The notes: a model not told the origin generated them from the sequence alone. Shown: positions 36,367 through 48,579, numbered from the stretch's first letter. The stretch: 55,897 nucleotides of DNA from Octopus bimaculoides (GCF_001194135.2 NC_068992.1:54197225-54253121), one strand, 5' to 3'. Translations and numbers: made by a program.

Positions 36367-37088
36367 TACAATTATTTTTATTTGCTATTATTTTTATTAT
36401 TATTTATTATTTTTATTTTTATTATTATTACTACTATTACTGTTGTTATTATTATTTTCATTATTATTATTATTTATATTACTACTGCTAGTACTACTAC
36501 TACTACTACTACTACTTCTACTACTACTGCTACTACTAATACTACATTAATACTTTTATTTTTATCAACAACATCGTCGCCATCAACATCATCATCATCA
36601 TCTTCCTATAGATTCCTCTTCCATCTTGTAAAATCAACTTTTGCATCATTCATTATTCACCGTAAATATCCTATTTTTCTCTTTTGGTTTTGTTTTTTTG
36701 TTTTTTTGTTTGTTTTTTTTGTTTTTGGTTTGGTTTGATATTTATTTTTATTTTTGCATATTTTGTATCAATTGATGTCAGTGCCATCTTTTGATATCAT
36801 CAGCATCATCATCTTCATCATCATCCTCATCATCATCATCATCTTCATTACCATCAACACCACCATCCTCCTTGTGATACTCATCATTATCATCACCACT
36901 GCCATCACCACCACCACCACTACCACCATAGCCACTATCACCATAATCTGATCACCACCACCATCATCGTCATCATCGTCATCATCACCACTTTGCAAGT
37001 AGTCTTTTTTTTTTTATTTAATATCGATTATTTTTTTTTTTTGATGGTGCATTAATAATAATTTTATTTTTTTTCCTATCTTTTTCAG

Positions 37089-37112
37089 CGGACTCGAATA
37101 ATGTCAAAAGAG
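37089..37112 (+). CDS. Candidate 24-nt frame-preserving microexon
   Basis: A long pyrimidine tract TTTTATTTTTTTTCCTATCTTTTTCAG| precedes CGGACTCGAATAATGTCAAAAGAG, and the donor is AG|GTATGT. Two frames are open: RTRIMSKE (phase 0) and xDSNNVKRx (phase 1). The exon has two CpGs in very AT-rich flanks. Confidence 0.5.
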
Positions 37113-37919
37113 GTATGTACAAAGATTTTAAGTCCTATAATTCTATATTTAACAAGCACCACTTCAAAAGATGCACATAAACCAATAATTATAATAATGT
37201 AAAAAAAATTTTTTTTAAATAATAAAAAAAAAAAAAGAAGCTAAAGCGTACTGAAGGCCCCACCCTCACTCAAAACTAACCTTCTACCACACATAGACAC
37301 GCTGCCAGCCCTAAATCAAATATTGGGTATTTTCCATCATTAGAAAGTCATGCCTCACTTCATTGAAACTCTATTTGGATGACATATTGAAAATTTTACT
37401 TATACAACTAAATGTTGTAATTATATTTATGTATCCAGTAATTTAAAATGAATTCTGATTATATCTGAAGGATGCACAAAGAAACAATTCAGCAAATGGA
37501 CATTTATTTAAGATTTAAGGTTATAATTTTTCCATACTATTAACCTCATCTTTATTAAACTATCTATTATTTATAATATTTATATCATCTCCTCCGCATT
37601 TCAATCAATTTCATCTCCAATCCTCTTCACCATCATCAACTGTTTAATTTTTACAAAATGTTAACATTCCCAGACTGGATTTAAGCTTTGTATGTATCTG
37701 TTCTGTTTATATCTACACCTCATTCCCATCAGTTTTGAGCTTTAGTTTATATCAGCTTGTTTCTCCATCTTCATCCTCATCATGTTATTATCATTATCAG
37801 GTGTTTTATTCTTCAAATATGGCTTCATACTAGGATTATGTATTTCAACTTAAGCATAGCAACAACCTCTTCACACTAGTCCCATTAGTGCATGTAACCA
37901 TACGCTATACAGATGAGGT

Positions 37920-38120
37920 AAGGCAGCAAGTTACCAGAATTGTTAGCACACTGGACAAAATGCTTAACAGTATTTCTTCCAGTTCTATGTTCCAAGTTCA
38001 AATTGCCCTTGATTCATTCGTAGTCAGTAAAATAAGTTCCAGTTGAACACTGTGGTCGAAATAATCGATTATCGCTCTCCCGCAAAACTTCAGGTCTTGT
38101 GCCTATAATAAAAAGGATCA
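37920..38120 (+). mobile_element. SINE-D, near full length
   Basis: AAGGCAGCAAGTTACCAGAATTGTTAGC...AAGTTCAAATTG...CAGTTGAACACTGTGGTCGA...CAGGTCTTGTGCCTATAATAAAAAGGATC. Confidence 0.75.
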
Positions 38121-38507
38121 TACCAATGGTTCTCAATTGGTTTTACCTTTAGACTTCTTTGATTCTTATTTTACTCAGATGTCCCACCACAGTCATTCAA
38201 TGTTTAAATAATCCTGTTATATTTTTATAATTAAATATTAGGAAATGTATAAAAAAAATTGTTAAAATATTTTGTAAGAGTATAACAGATTAATTGTATA
38301 TAAATCATAGCAACAAAATTTTATGTGAACCCCCAAGGATCATATGGGCCTCAATTGAGAACCACTGGATTATACCGACGAGGTTAATAGTTTTAAAAAT
38401 GATAACCTTATTAATGACATGTCATCTCACATCCTCAGATATATATTTGTTGGATACAGTCAATAATGGATATTGTATTAATTAAATATCTGAAGCAAAC
38501 TCATTAA

Positions 38508-38616
38508 CCTTTAGCACACTGCATTTTGTCTAGAATTGTTTCCCCAAACGACTGCCCTTTTACTAAAGGGGAGAAAACTCATATGGTAACATGATGCCCT
38601 TATAGTGTGCTAAAGG
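38508..38616. mobile_element. 109-bp piggyBac-like MITE with perfect 13-bp TIRs and TTAA TSD
   Basis: TTAA (38504-38507), CCTTTAGCACACT ... AGTGTGCTAAAGG, TTAA (38617-38620). Confidence 0.85.
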
Positions 38617-38973
38617 TTAATAATTGTTCTGTAATTGTTACTTATAGTCAATAATTTAATCTAAATATTCAAAGGTTTTATTCAAATATTGATTTTTTGT
38701 TTGTTTGTTTTTGGTTTCTTTTGCTTCGACCTTTGCTCTTCAAAATTAACATAGCACTGATCTATTATTTAGGTTTTAGTTAAAAATAAAAGGAAGCCAA
38801 AGGCATAGCTAGAGGAAAAAAGCAACAGAGGGTGCAGTTGTCACCATGTGCAATGACCCACCGGGTACAAATATAAAAAGGGGCAAAAAATATCCACTGT
38901 TCTGTCATGCTTTGCCCCATCACCACCCACACCAAATGCTGAGAAATAACTAACTCTTGCTTCTTCAACATAA

Positions 38974-39185
38974 CTCGTTAGCATTCAAATTCCTCTGTCA
39001 AATGTAATGCAAATTTTTCAAATAAATAATGCATAATTAAGTAGCTTCAAGATTTCAATGATTTAATGGCTCATTTTTAGAATGTTACTGTAGGGTATGT
39101 TTGAGAGCCCAGATCTGGCTAGTTTGAACATAATATAACAGGAGGAATACGTGGACCAGATATGACAGGTTTAACTGCTAAAGGG
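38974..39185 (-). mobile_element. piggyBac-like MITE, 212 bp, flanked by ATAA direct repeats
   Basis: ATAA|CTCGTTAGCATT ... ACTGCTAAAGGG|ATAA. It belongs to the same family as 34272-34492, in the opposite orientation. Confidence 0.7.
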
Positions 39186-39375
39186 ATAAGGAGCAGAGCC
39201 CTGTTATCTCTACAGTCTCCTCCAAATTTGACAACATTGTTTTGCTCATCATTTTAGCTTAAACAACTGTTTTCAAAATAGGTTGGCAACTTGCGTCACA
39301 GTGTAAGTGGCTGATGATTCTCACAGGTACTTGTTCTTTTTACTTAATCCTCAGGAAAATTCTTGCATAATATTG

Positions 39376-39418
<43 letters not shown>

Positions 39419-39539
39419 TATAGCTTCACACATCCCACAAACTTTCAAATATTCTCTGTTCACTCACTTTCACTCACAAGCCTTGGATTGATCCAAGTCT
39501 ATGGTAGAAGGTACATGCACAAGTTAGATGTTTATAATT

Positions 39540-39570
<31 letters not shown>

Positions 39571-39652
39571 NNNNNNNNNNNNNNNNNNNNNNNNNNNNNN
39601 NNNNNNNNNNNNNNNNNNNNNNNNNNNNNNNNNNNNNNNNNNNNNNNNAAAA

Positions 39653-39810
39653 CTGGCTTCTTTCAGTTTCCATCAACCATATCCACTCACAAGGCTTTGG
39701 GTGGCCTGAGGCTATAGTAGAAGACAGTTGCCGAAGGTGCCCTGCTGTGGGACTGAACTTGGAATCATGTGGTTGGTAAGCAAGCTACTTACCACACAGC
39801 CACTCCTGCG
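39653..39810 (-). mobile_element. SINE-A 5' half
   Basis: GGCTTCTTTCAGTTTCC...CCACTCACAAGGCTTTGG...ACTTACCACACAGCCACTCCTGCG. Confidence 0.88.
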
Positions 39811-39871
39811 TATTATATATATATACATATATAAACACACACATGCACAAACGCACACACATGTATGTATG

Positions 39872-39952
<81 letters not shown>

Positions 39953-40543
39953 TTACACATACATGGTGGTATCCCTGTACAGTGAGGTGAAGTGGGCCAT
40001 TGTGAGATAAGTGACATGGCCATACTGTTACACCAGTGGAGATGTTAAAAGGCAAAACTGCAACTTATCAATCCTCGGAATTTTCCACTGACAGACCAGC
40101 ATTCAGTTGCTTCAGCCTATTTCCTTTCTCCCCTTCTCTCTTCCCATCTCTCCCACACTCTCTCTTTTCTCTCTTTCTCCCCCCTCTCCCTCTCTCTCCC
40201 TCTCTCTCACACACACACACACATTGAGTCTGCTATTGTTGCATTGAAGAATGGACATGATAAGACTTTGTTAGTGAAGAAATATTCAACAATCTCCAAA
40301 ATATTCTGTCCTTAAGCCAATTTCTGTACAATTTCTCATGAACACTTGGATAATTAATATAATTCTTCATAGAAGAGTTTGATCATTTTAATTGTTATGA
40401 GGGTTAACGAATGTAATGACATGGAATCTTGTTCTTTGTTCGGGTGTGAAGAAGAAGAAGAAGAAGAAGATGGAAGTGTTTGCTTCATTGCAAGATGGTG
40501 GATGGATAATCAACCTAAAATGTATTACAAGAAAGCCAGAACA

Positions 40544-41100
40544 CTAAACAAAGCAGGCAGGCTTTATAGGGCTGCCAAACTGAACAAGATAAGGAATGTG
40601 AACAAAGGCAAAGGAGGGAAACAAGGGAAGGGAGGTGAACAAGGCAAAGGCAGTGAACAAGATAAGGAAGATTAATAAAGCAAGGGAGCTGAACAAGGCA
40701 GGGAAGTTGAACAAATCAAGGGAGCTGAACAAGACAGGGGGAGGTGAACAAGACAAAAAGTGAACAAAGCAAGGAAGGTGGTCAACGTAGAAGTGAATAA
40801 GTGAGGGAGGTAAACAAGGCAAAATGTGAACGAGTCAAGGGAGGTGAACAATGTGAGAAAATTGAACAAAGCAACGAAGGTGATCAAGGCAAGAAAGCTG
40901 AATGAGCCAAGCAAGCTGAACAGAGCAGGGAAGGTGAACAAAGCAAGGAATGTTAACAAGACAAGACAGCTGAAAATGCAAGGAAATAGGAAAAGGGAAG
41001 GGAGGTGAACGAAGGTGAACAAAATGAGAAAGGAAATATGGCAAGGAAGTTGAACACCATAAGGAAAACGAATGCAGCAGAAGAAATTGAACAGAGTGAA
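40544..41100 (+). repeat. Purine-rich 18-bp degenerate minisatellite, roughly 30 units
   Basis: Approximate consensus GTGAACAAGGCAAGGAAG. One frame reads as hexapeptide repeats VNNVRK LNKATK VIKARK LNEPSK LNRAGK VNKARN VNKTRQ. Confidence 0.85.
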
Positions 41101-41242
41101 AAATAAAAATAAAAGTGCTAAACAATCAAAACTTAATAAACATGACAATCCAAGCATCTTTTAGTTCACATATCACGTATAAATTGTTCAATTAATTATT
41201 ACCTACTTAATCAAATCTAACAAGAAAGAACTGCAGAAACGG

Positions 41243-41286
<44 letters not shown>

Positions 41287-41607
41287 CCATTATGATTACT
41301 ACAACTGACAAAATCAGCAACAACAACAACAACGACAAAGAATCTAAGAGACAGTCAAACTGTAAATCAATAAAGTTAGTCAGGCAAGGTCTGGGGGTGG
41401 GGGGATCATTTTGCTAAATGTCAAATACACCACAGAAATCTGATCAAGTGTAATGACATTGAGACTAAGCTGTAATTAAAATTAATTCCTTCATTGTGAA
41501 ACTATAGAGGCAGATAAGAACGTTTATTTATTAGCATATGCAGCAGAAAATTAGGTATAATAGGTTTAATGTGAAATAATATGGTAGGATGAATATATGA
41601 ATATATA

Positions 41608-41638
<31 letters not shown>

Positions 41639-42671
41639 NNNNNNNNNNNNNNNNNNNNNNNNNNNNNNNNNNNNNNNNNNNNNNNNNNNNNNNNNNNNNN
41701 NNNNNNNNNNNNNNNNNNNNNNNNNNNNNNNNNNNNNNNNNNNNNNNNNNNNNNNNNNNNNNNNNNNNNNNNNNNNNNNNNNNNNNNNNNNNNNNNNNNN
41801 NNNNNNNNNNNNNNNNNNNNNNNNNNNNNNNNNNNNNNNNNNNNNNNNNNNNNNNNNNNNNNNNNNNNNNNNNNNNNNNNNNNNNNNNNNNNNNNNNNNN
41901 NNNNNNNNNNNNNNNNNNNNNNNNNNNNNNNNNNNNNNNNNNNNNNNNNNNNNNNNNNNNNNNNNNNNNNNNNNNNNNNNNNNNNNNNNNNNNNNNNNNN
42001 NNNNNNNNNNNNNNNNNNNNNNNNNNNNNNNNNNNNNNNNNNNNNNNNNNNNNNNNNNNNNNNNNNNNNNNNNNNNNNNNNNNNNNNNNNNNNNNNNNNN
42101 NNNNNNNNNNNNNNNNNNNNNNNNNNNNNNNNNNNNNNNNNNNNNNNNNNNNNNNNNNNNNNNNNNNNNNNNNNNNNNNNNNNNNNGGGGGGGAGATAGA
42201 GGTAAACACACAGGAAAGCTGCCAAATACCATGATCCCATTTAACAGTTTAGGGGAAACAGTTGTCAGATCTGGTTATTTCCAGTTGACATTGCTGTAGG
42301 GGCTTCCCAGCACTGTATGTGCGGAACAAACAATGCTAACAAGACTGGCAATGTCAGCAAGGAAAATAAAGACAGCTGTTCACTGGTTAGCCAAGAGAGT
42401 ACTCAATAAAGGGAGCATCTTGCTGACTCTGAACAGACAGAAGGAATTGACAGGAAATCAGAAGAAGACGGCCAGTAATTCATCATCATTAGAGGATGTT
42501 GTAGTTTAGGGTCAAAATACCTAAGTAATGTTGATCCCTTCTGATGACTCCCTTGCTAATTAAAAGCTGTCGTAAAATGTGTTTAACTAGATCTACTATT
42601 ATCCCTACTAGTTGCATTTCATGTATCTAAAAGTAATATAAGGCATGCATATATATATATATATATATATA

Positions 42672-42874
42672 TGTCTGTGTGTGTATGTGTTTGTCCCCCC
42701 AAATTCACTTGACAACCGATGCTGGAGAAAGGGAAAAGTCGAAAGAAAGAAAAGAAATCAACACCATGTATGCAGTTGCATTCCTTAAATGACCAGATGT
42801 ATGTATGGATGGATAGACGGATGGACAGATGGATGGATGGATAGATTTAATTGAGATTTGGGGANNNNNNNNNN

Positions 42875-42924
<50 letters not shown>

Positions 42925-43113
42925 TGTGTGTGTATGTGTTTGTCCCCCCAAATTCACTTGACAACCGATGCTGGAGAAAGGGAAAAGTCGAAAGAAAGAA
43001 AAGAAATCAACACCATGTATGCAGTTGCATTCCTTAAATGACCAGATGTATGTATGGATGGATAGACGGATGGACAGATGGATGGATGGATAGATTTAAT
43101 TGAGATTTGGGGA
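42672..43113. other. 193-bp duplication across a 10-N gap (probable assembly artefact)
   Basis: 42672-42864 is repeated at 42921-43113, and the gap lies at 42865-42874. Confidence 0.85.
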
Positions 43114-43419
43114 AAAATCTTGTAGAATAAAGTGCAAAGCTCATCCATAGTTATTGGCTACCTGATGTCATTATAGAGTGGAAATGCTCCTATTATTGGA
43201 TAAACATCAGGAATTCCGTATTACCTGTAGAATTTTATATGGAATTAGTGACATTCTTTAGTTAAGATAACTACAATTGTTTCAATGCATTCTACCACCT
43301 GTAGTTTATAGGTGAGATGGTGTGCAATCGTTATCTTACATCACTGTGTGGAATATACCTCCTCAGGTGATTTTTAAAATAAGTTCTTTGTTAAATGCTC
43401 TCACTAAGTCAAATGGCTG

Positions 43420-43700
43420 ACCAATGAGATAGGTTGCTGGTCTTTGAAAAGAACAAGAAAGGATGCTGCCTTTGAGAAACTATGAGAATGGACGTATGTA
43501 AGGTAAAAGAGAAAACTGAAATGATAAAAGGAAAAAATGGAATGAGAATATGTGGAATAAGAAAAATGGTAAAAAGAAAAGTAGGAGTTTCATCCTTTGA
43601 CCTGTTTGAATCAGAATTAACATGGTTGGTGTAAATTAATTCCATGGAGAGAAGCTCAAACGTTGTGAGACTGCATGCTTAATGTGAAAACGGTGATGTC
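43420..43700 (+). mobile_element. Heavily decayed RTE-like RT C-terminal fragment
   Basis: With stops and frameshifts it gives RLLVFEK...IRKMVKRKVGVSSFDLFESELTWL and later DCMLNVK. This echoes the RTE pattern 'LEVFEM...IRN..IR.RVGV......RL.W.GHV...KC..L.VEG'. Confidence 0.35.
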
Positions 43701-43834
43701 CTCCAGTTCTACAAAAAGAAATTTGTCCATATGTTTACATATGATTAAAATTTCAGATGATGTCATTCATAACATGTGCCAGAAGATTTGAATGAAAATA
43801 TGTTAATCACTGCTGTATTTCACTTTTAAGATGC

Positions 43835-44150
43835 ATGCCTTTGTAGATAGGATATTCAGCTCATGATTGTAAGTTTTATTTCTAGCATTACATTGTGTCC
43901 TTGAGCAAGATAATTTATTTTGAGGTTCCTCCTGTCTACTCAGCTGACAAAAATGAGTTGTACTTGTAATTTAAAGATCCAGCTTTGTCTTGTTCTGTGT
44001 CATGTTGGATCTCCCTGGAAGCTACATTGAGGGTGTGTGTGTCTGTAGAATGCTCAACCACTTGTACTTTATTTCATAAGCAGGCTCCTCCATTGATTGT
44101 ATCAACTAGAACACTTGTCATCACAACCGAAAGAGAGCCATGCCATTTCA
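43835..44150 (+). mobile_element. SINE-C, diverged
   Basis: TTGTGTCCTTGAGCAAGATA...CTCAGCTGACAAAAATGAGTTGTAC...TGCTCAACCACTTGTAC...CAGGCTCCTCCATTGATTGTATCAACTAGAAC. Confidence 0.75.
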
Positions 44151-44229
44151 CCTTCTCCTTTTACACAATATATATTGACCACAAATTAGTTGTTGATGCA
44201 AAGAGACTGAGATGCTAGTGTTTCAACAT

Positions 44230-44460
44230 GGTTGTATCTCTTCAGTCAAAGCTACTCTTATATCAATGAAACTCAGCAAGACTGATAGCTCTTTTTTACA
44301 AAATTCAAAAAACAAACTATTTGCTGCTGCATGTTGATGATGCCAAGTTGATGATAAATAACCATGTGCACGAAAAACGGCATGAATCAAAATAATGATG
44401 CACATGTCCATTTTTAATACACTGGTAGATTTGATTTCAAATATGTAAATCAGAAATGAA
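44230..44460 (+). mobile_element. Decayed CR1/L2-like reverse transcriptase fragment
   Basis: YINE (44259), then after a frameshift NYLLLHVDDAKL (HVDD at 44330), and 31 codons later W*I*FQICKSEM. The order and spacing match the CR1-type motifs YINDL...FADDxKL...WxMxFNxxKCxxM. Confidence 0.5.
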
Positions 44461-45502
44461 TTAAGTATGTTGTCAACACACACATCACTTCAAAGGGGGA
44501 GGTATTCTCTAAAGGCTGTCAGCATATTCATGTTAAAATCTGTCAGAATGTATTAAAAATAAAAATGCGCATCATCACTTTGTGATTCTCTATTTAATGT
44601 GCACAATATAAATATACATATATATATAGATATATATATATATATANNNNNNNNNNNNNNNNNNNNNNNNNNNNNNNNNNNNNNNNNNNNNNNNNNNNNN
44701 NNNNNNNNNNNNNNNNNNNNNNNNNNNNNNNNNNNNNNNNNNNNNNNNNNNNNNNNNNNNNNNNNNNNNNNNNNNNNNNNNNNNNNNNNNNNNNNNNNNN
44801 NNNNNNNNNNNNNNNNNNNNNNNNNNNNNNNNNNNNNNNNNNNNNNNNNNNNNNNNNNNNNNNNNNNNNNNNNNNNNNNNNNNNNNNNNNNNNNNNNNNN
44901 NNNNNNNNNNNNNNNNNNNNNNNNNNNNNNNNNNNNNNNNNNNNNNNNNNNNNTATATATACACATACACACATACACATATTACTTGTAAATATATTAT
45001 ATTATGCTGTATTATGAAAAAAATATCATTTGAATATTTGGGGTTTTTTTTGAAAATTCTGTAATTTTGAACACATGCTTGATTATTTCAAGCCAATGTT
45101 TAAAAATATTAAAACACAATACAGACTATAGAAGTCAGCAATGAGTGGTAAATTTGTATAATATAAATGTGATTGACATTGAATATATGCAGCACAGAAG
45201 AAAAATTGTAAAAACGAAAACATTTGCAATTTTAGTGTTTGTCTTCATTTCATAAATACGATCTTTCTTAGGGTTACTGCTTTATAGGAACATATTTAGG
45301 GGCCGCTTTCAATTAAGAACTGTAAGTGTGAAATCTGTTTGTCAATATGTTTAATACAAACAGATCATACCAATAAAACATGGCTTCTGTGTCATTACAC
45401 ATACACACACACATGTGTGTGAATGTACATTCTTACACACACACATGTATATATATATGCATAGATAGATAGATAGATACATACATACATACATGGATAT
45501 AT

Positions 45503-45561
<59 letters not shown>

Positions 45562-45962
45562 ATATGTATATAAATTTATAAATGTATGTTTGTCAATTAT
45601 ATATATTACATGTAAGTATGATAAAATACGAGGATAAAAACAAAAGAGTACTTGACTATAAAATCATGACATATATATTGAAATAAATATTTGAAAATAT
45701 TAAATATACCTATAACAGACATAAAATCATGTTCCTAGCATTTGAAGCAATAAATAATCTGATGTGTACGTCACTATTAGATTTACTCTTTGTTAATAAT
45801 TGCATCACATCAGTTATTACTTTAAACTATACGAACAAGAATTATGAATGTGTGTCAAAATATATATCTAATAATATTGCACTCAACATGAATTCATTTC
45901 AGTGTTTTCTGAGCTCTTTGCTAAGATGCTTTACAGTGGGAAAATATTTTTGCTATACTCTT

Positions 45963-46409
45963 CTCTTTTACTCTTTTACTTGTTTCAGTCATTTGACTGC
46001 GGCCATGCTGGAGCACCACCTTTAGTCGAGCAAATCGACCCCAGGACTTATTCTTTGTAAACCTAGTACTTATTCTGTTGGCTTCTTTTGTTGAACCACT
46101 AAGTTACGGGGACGTAAACACACCAGCATCGGTTGTCAAGCGATGTTGGGGGACCAACACACACATATATATATACATATACATATACATATATATGACG
46201 GTCTTCTTTTAGTTTCCATCTACCAAATCCACTCACAAGGCTTTGGTCGCCCTGAGGCTATAGTAGAAGACACTTGTCCAAGGTACCACGCAATGCGACT
46301 GAACCCAGAACCATGTGGCTGGTAAGCAAGCTACTTACCACACAGCCACTCCTGCGCCTATGCACACAGCCACTCCTGCACCTATGCACACAGCCACTCC
46401 TGCGCCTAT
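45963..46409 (-). mobile_element. SINE-A, full length, with triplicated 5' end
   Basis: The CTCTTTTACTCTTTTAC tail, 3' half, (TA/CA)n tract and head are all present. The 24-bp 5'-terminal unit occurs three times at 46339-46409. Confidence 0.93.
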
Positions 46410-46838
46410 TTGAAAAATATCTTTTTTTCTCTCATTTCAAAAGATATAGAGACCATTGCATAGGAATATTCGTTAGTGTATATGATAAAATGCTTTACAG
46501 TCTTTTTTTTTTTTTTTGACTCTTTATACTCTGAGTTCAATTCCAGTCAAGTTCAGGTTTCTTCCTTTAAGTTTAATAAAATGAAGTACCAGTCAAGTAC
46601 TGGAGTCAATGTAATTTATTAACCACTGCTTGGGAAGTCTGGCTATGGATCAATTGTTAGAAACAATTATTATACTAGATAAACAAACATACACATATAT
46701 ACATACATGTATTCAAAATTATGCATACATGCATACATGCATATATATATATATATATGTGTATATGTGTATGCATATATATATGTATATATATATATAT
46801 GTATGTATGTATGTGTATATATATATATATATATGTAT

Positions 46839-46928
<90 letters not shown>

Positions 46929-47379
46929 ACATACATAATATACATAATATAACTAGTATATTATGTATACATATTATACATTATTATTATTATTATTATT
47001 ATTATATATGTATATCTATGTGGATATATATATATAATAACTAGTATGTTTTCTTGCCCATGTCTTTTAGTCTGCGTAACTACCGATCTATCATTAAACT
47101 ATTTTTTCTTCACTCTACCAATAATTCAAGATGTTTTATATTCTCAGAAGCATAGCACTAATAAGCTTCCACTGGAGAAAAACAAGAAACATATTCCCTG
47201 AACATCCTAACCAAATGTGTGCTTTGGCAATAGCAATAAAGATGCTTGTTTTTAAGGCAATATACGTAGATTTTTAACAACCATCATGTTTTGTTATAGC
47301 TCTATCTACAATCCAATAAAAAAAAAAAGCTGCACAAAATTATATACGAAATAATGGGACTACTGGAGTAAGTTGGTTA

Positions 47380-47422
47380 CTCTTTTACTTGTTTCAGTCA
47401 TTTGACTGTGGCCATGCTGGAG
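47380..47422 (-). mobile_element. SINE-A extreme 3' fragment (5'-truncated)
   Basis: ACTCTTTTACTTGTTTCAGTCATTTGACTGTGGCCATGCTGGAG. A similar stub lies near 48500-48535. Confidence 0.85.
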
Positions 47423-47618
47423 TATACAAATAAGCTACAGATTTATATAAGATACGGATATGATTTCTATTGATTGGTGTATTTGGTTAATATTGAGAGT
47501 TTCGTTCCCATAAAACAATGTTTCTTTTTTTATGCTTACATTTACCATATCAAACAATGCAGCTGGATACATACAAACAAGATATATACACCGATAAATA
47601 CATACATACATACAAACA

Positions 47619-47651
<33 letters not shown>

Positions 47652-48369
47652 GCATACATACATATATTTATATTTATATCTTTAATTGGGTATATTCTTG
47701 ATGCTGACAAAAAAAATATTTTTAATGATTAATTAAAATAGTGTAATAGGAAAGAGTTAAGGTTGAGAATAGAAATATGTCATTAAAAAAGATATGAACA
47801 TGGAATGATAGGGACAAGCAATTGAGTGATCCAGTCAGAAAATTCCTATAAATAACTGACAAAAACACACGATTGTGTGTGTGTAAACAGAGAAAGAGAA
47901 ATATATATTATATATATATATATATATTGACACACACACATGCACACAGAGAAATATATATATATATATATATNNNNNNNNNNNNNNNNNNNNNNNNNNN
48001 NNNNNNNNNNNNNNNNNNNNNNNNNNNNNNNNNNNNNNNNNNNNNNNNNNNNNNNNNNNNNNNNNNNNNNNNNNNNNNNNNNNNNNNNNNNNNNNNNNNN
48101 NNNNNNNNNNNNNNNNNNNNNNNNNNNNNNNNNNNNNNNNNNNNNNNNNNNNNNNNNNNNNNNNNNNNNNNNNNNNNNNNNNNNNNNNNNNNNNNNNNNN
48201 NNNNNNNNNNNNNNNNNNNNNNNNNNNNNNNNNNNNNNNNNNNNNNNNNNNNNNNNNNNNNNNNNNNNNNNNNNNNNNNNNNNNNNNNNNNNNNNNNNNN
48301 NNNNNNNNNNNNNNNNNNNNNNNNNNNNNNNNNNNNNNNNNNNNNNNNNNNNNNNNNNNNNNNNNNNNN

Positions 48370-48407
<38 letters not shown>

Positions 48408-48447
48408 TATGAGGATGATGATGATATACTATCTATATATATCTATC

Positions 48448-48479
<32 letters not shown>

Positions 48480-48579
48480 CCAATATTTATTCACAGATTC
48501 TTTTACTTGTTTCAGTCATTTCACTGCGACCATGCATTATATATATATATATATATGATAAGTACCATTCATACATGAG

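Noticed and set aside
37089-37112. Assigning DSNNVKR to the BK/Slo1 channel (DSNVKKYDSTG) or a CaMKII linker exon
   Set aside because: The next codon must start with G, which does not fit Slo1 'YDSTG', and seven residues cannot identify a gene.
41243-41280. Long poly(A) run as a processed-pseudogene tail
   Set aside because: No recognisable upstream coding body or target-site duplication was found.
4200-43670. Other GAAAC(G)-like strings (near 4220, 11345, 41235 and 43660) as further hammerheads
   Set aside because: None has a CUGANGA-like core plus a paired helix II upstream.
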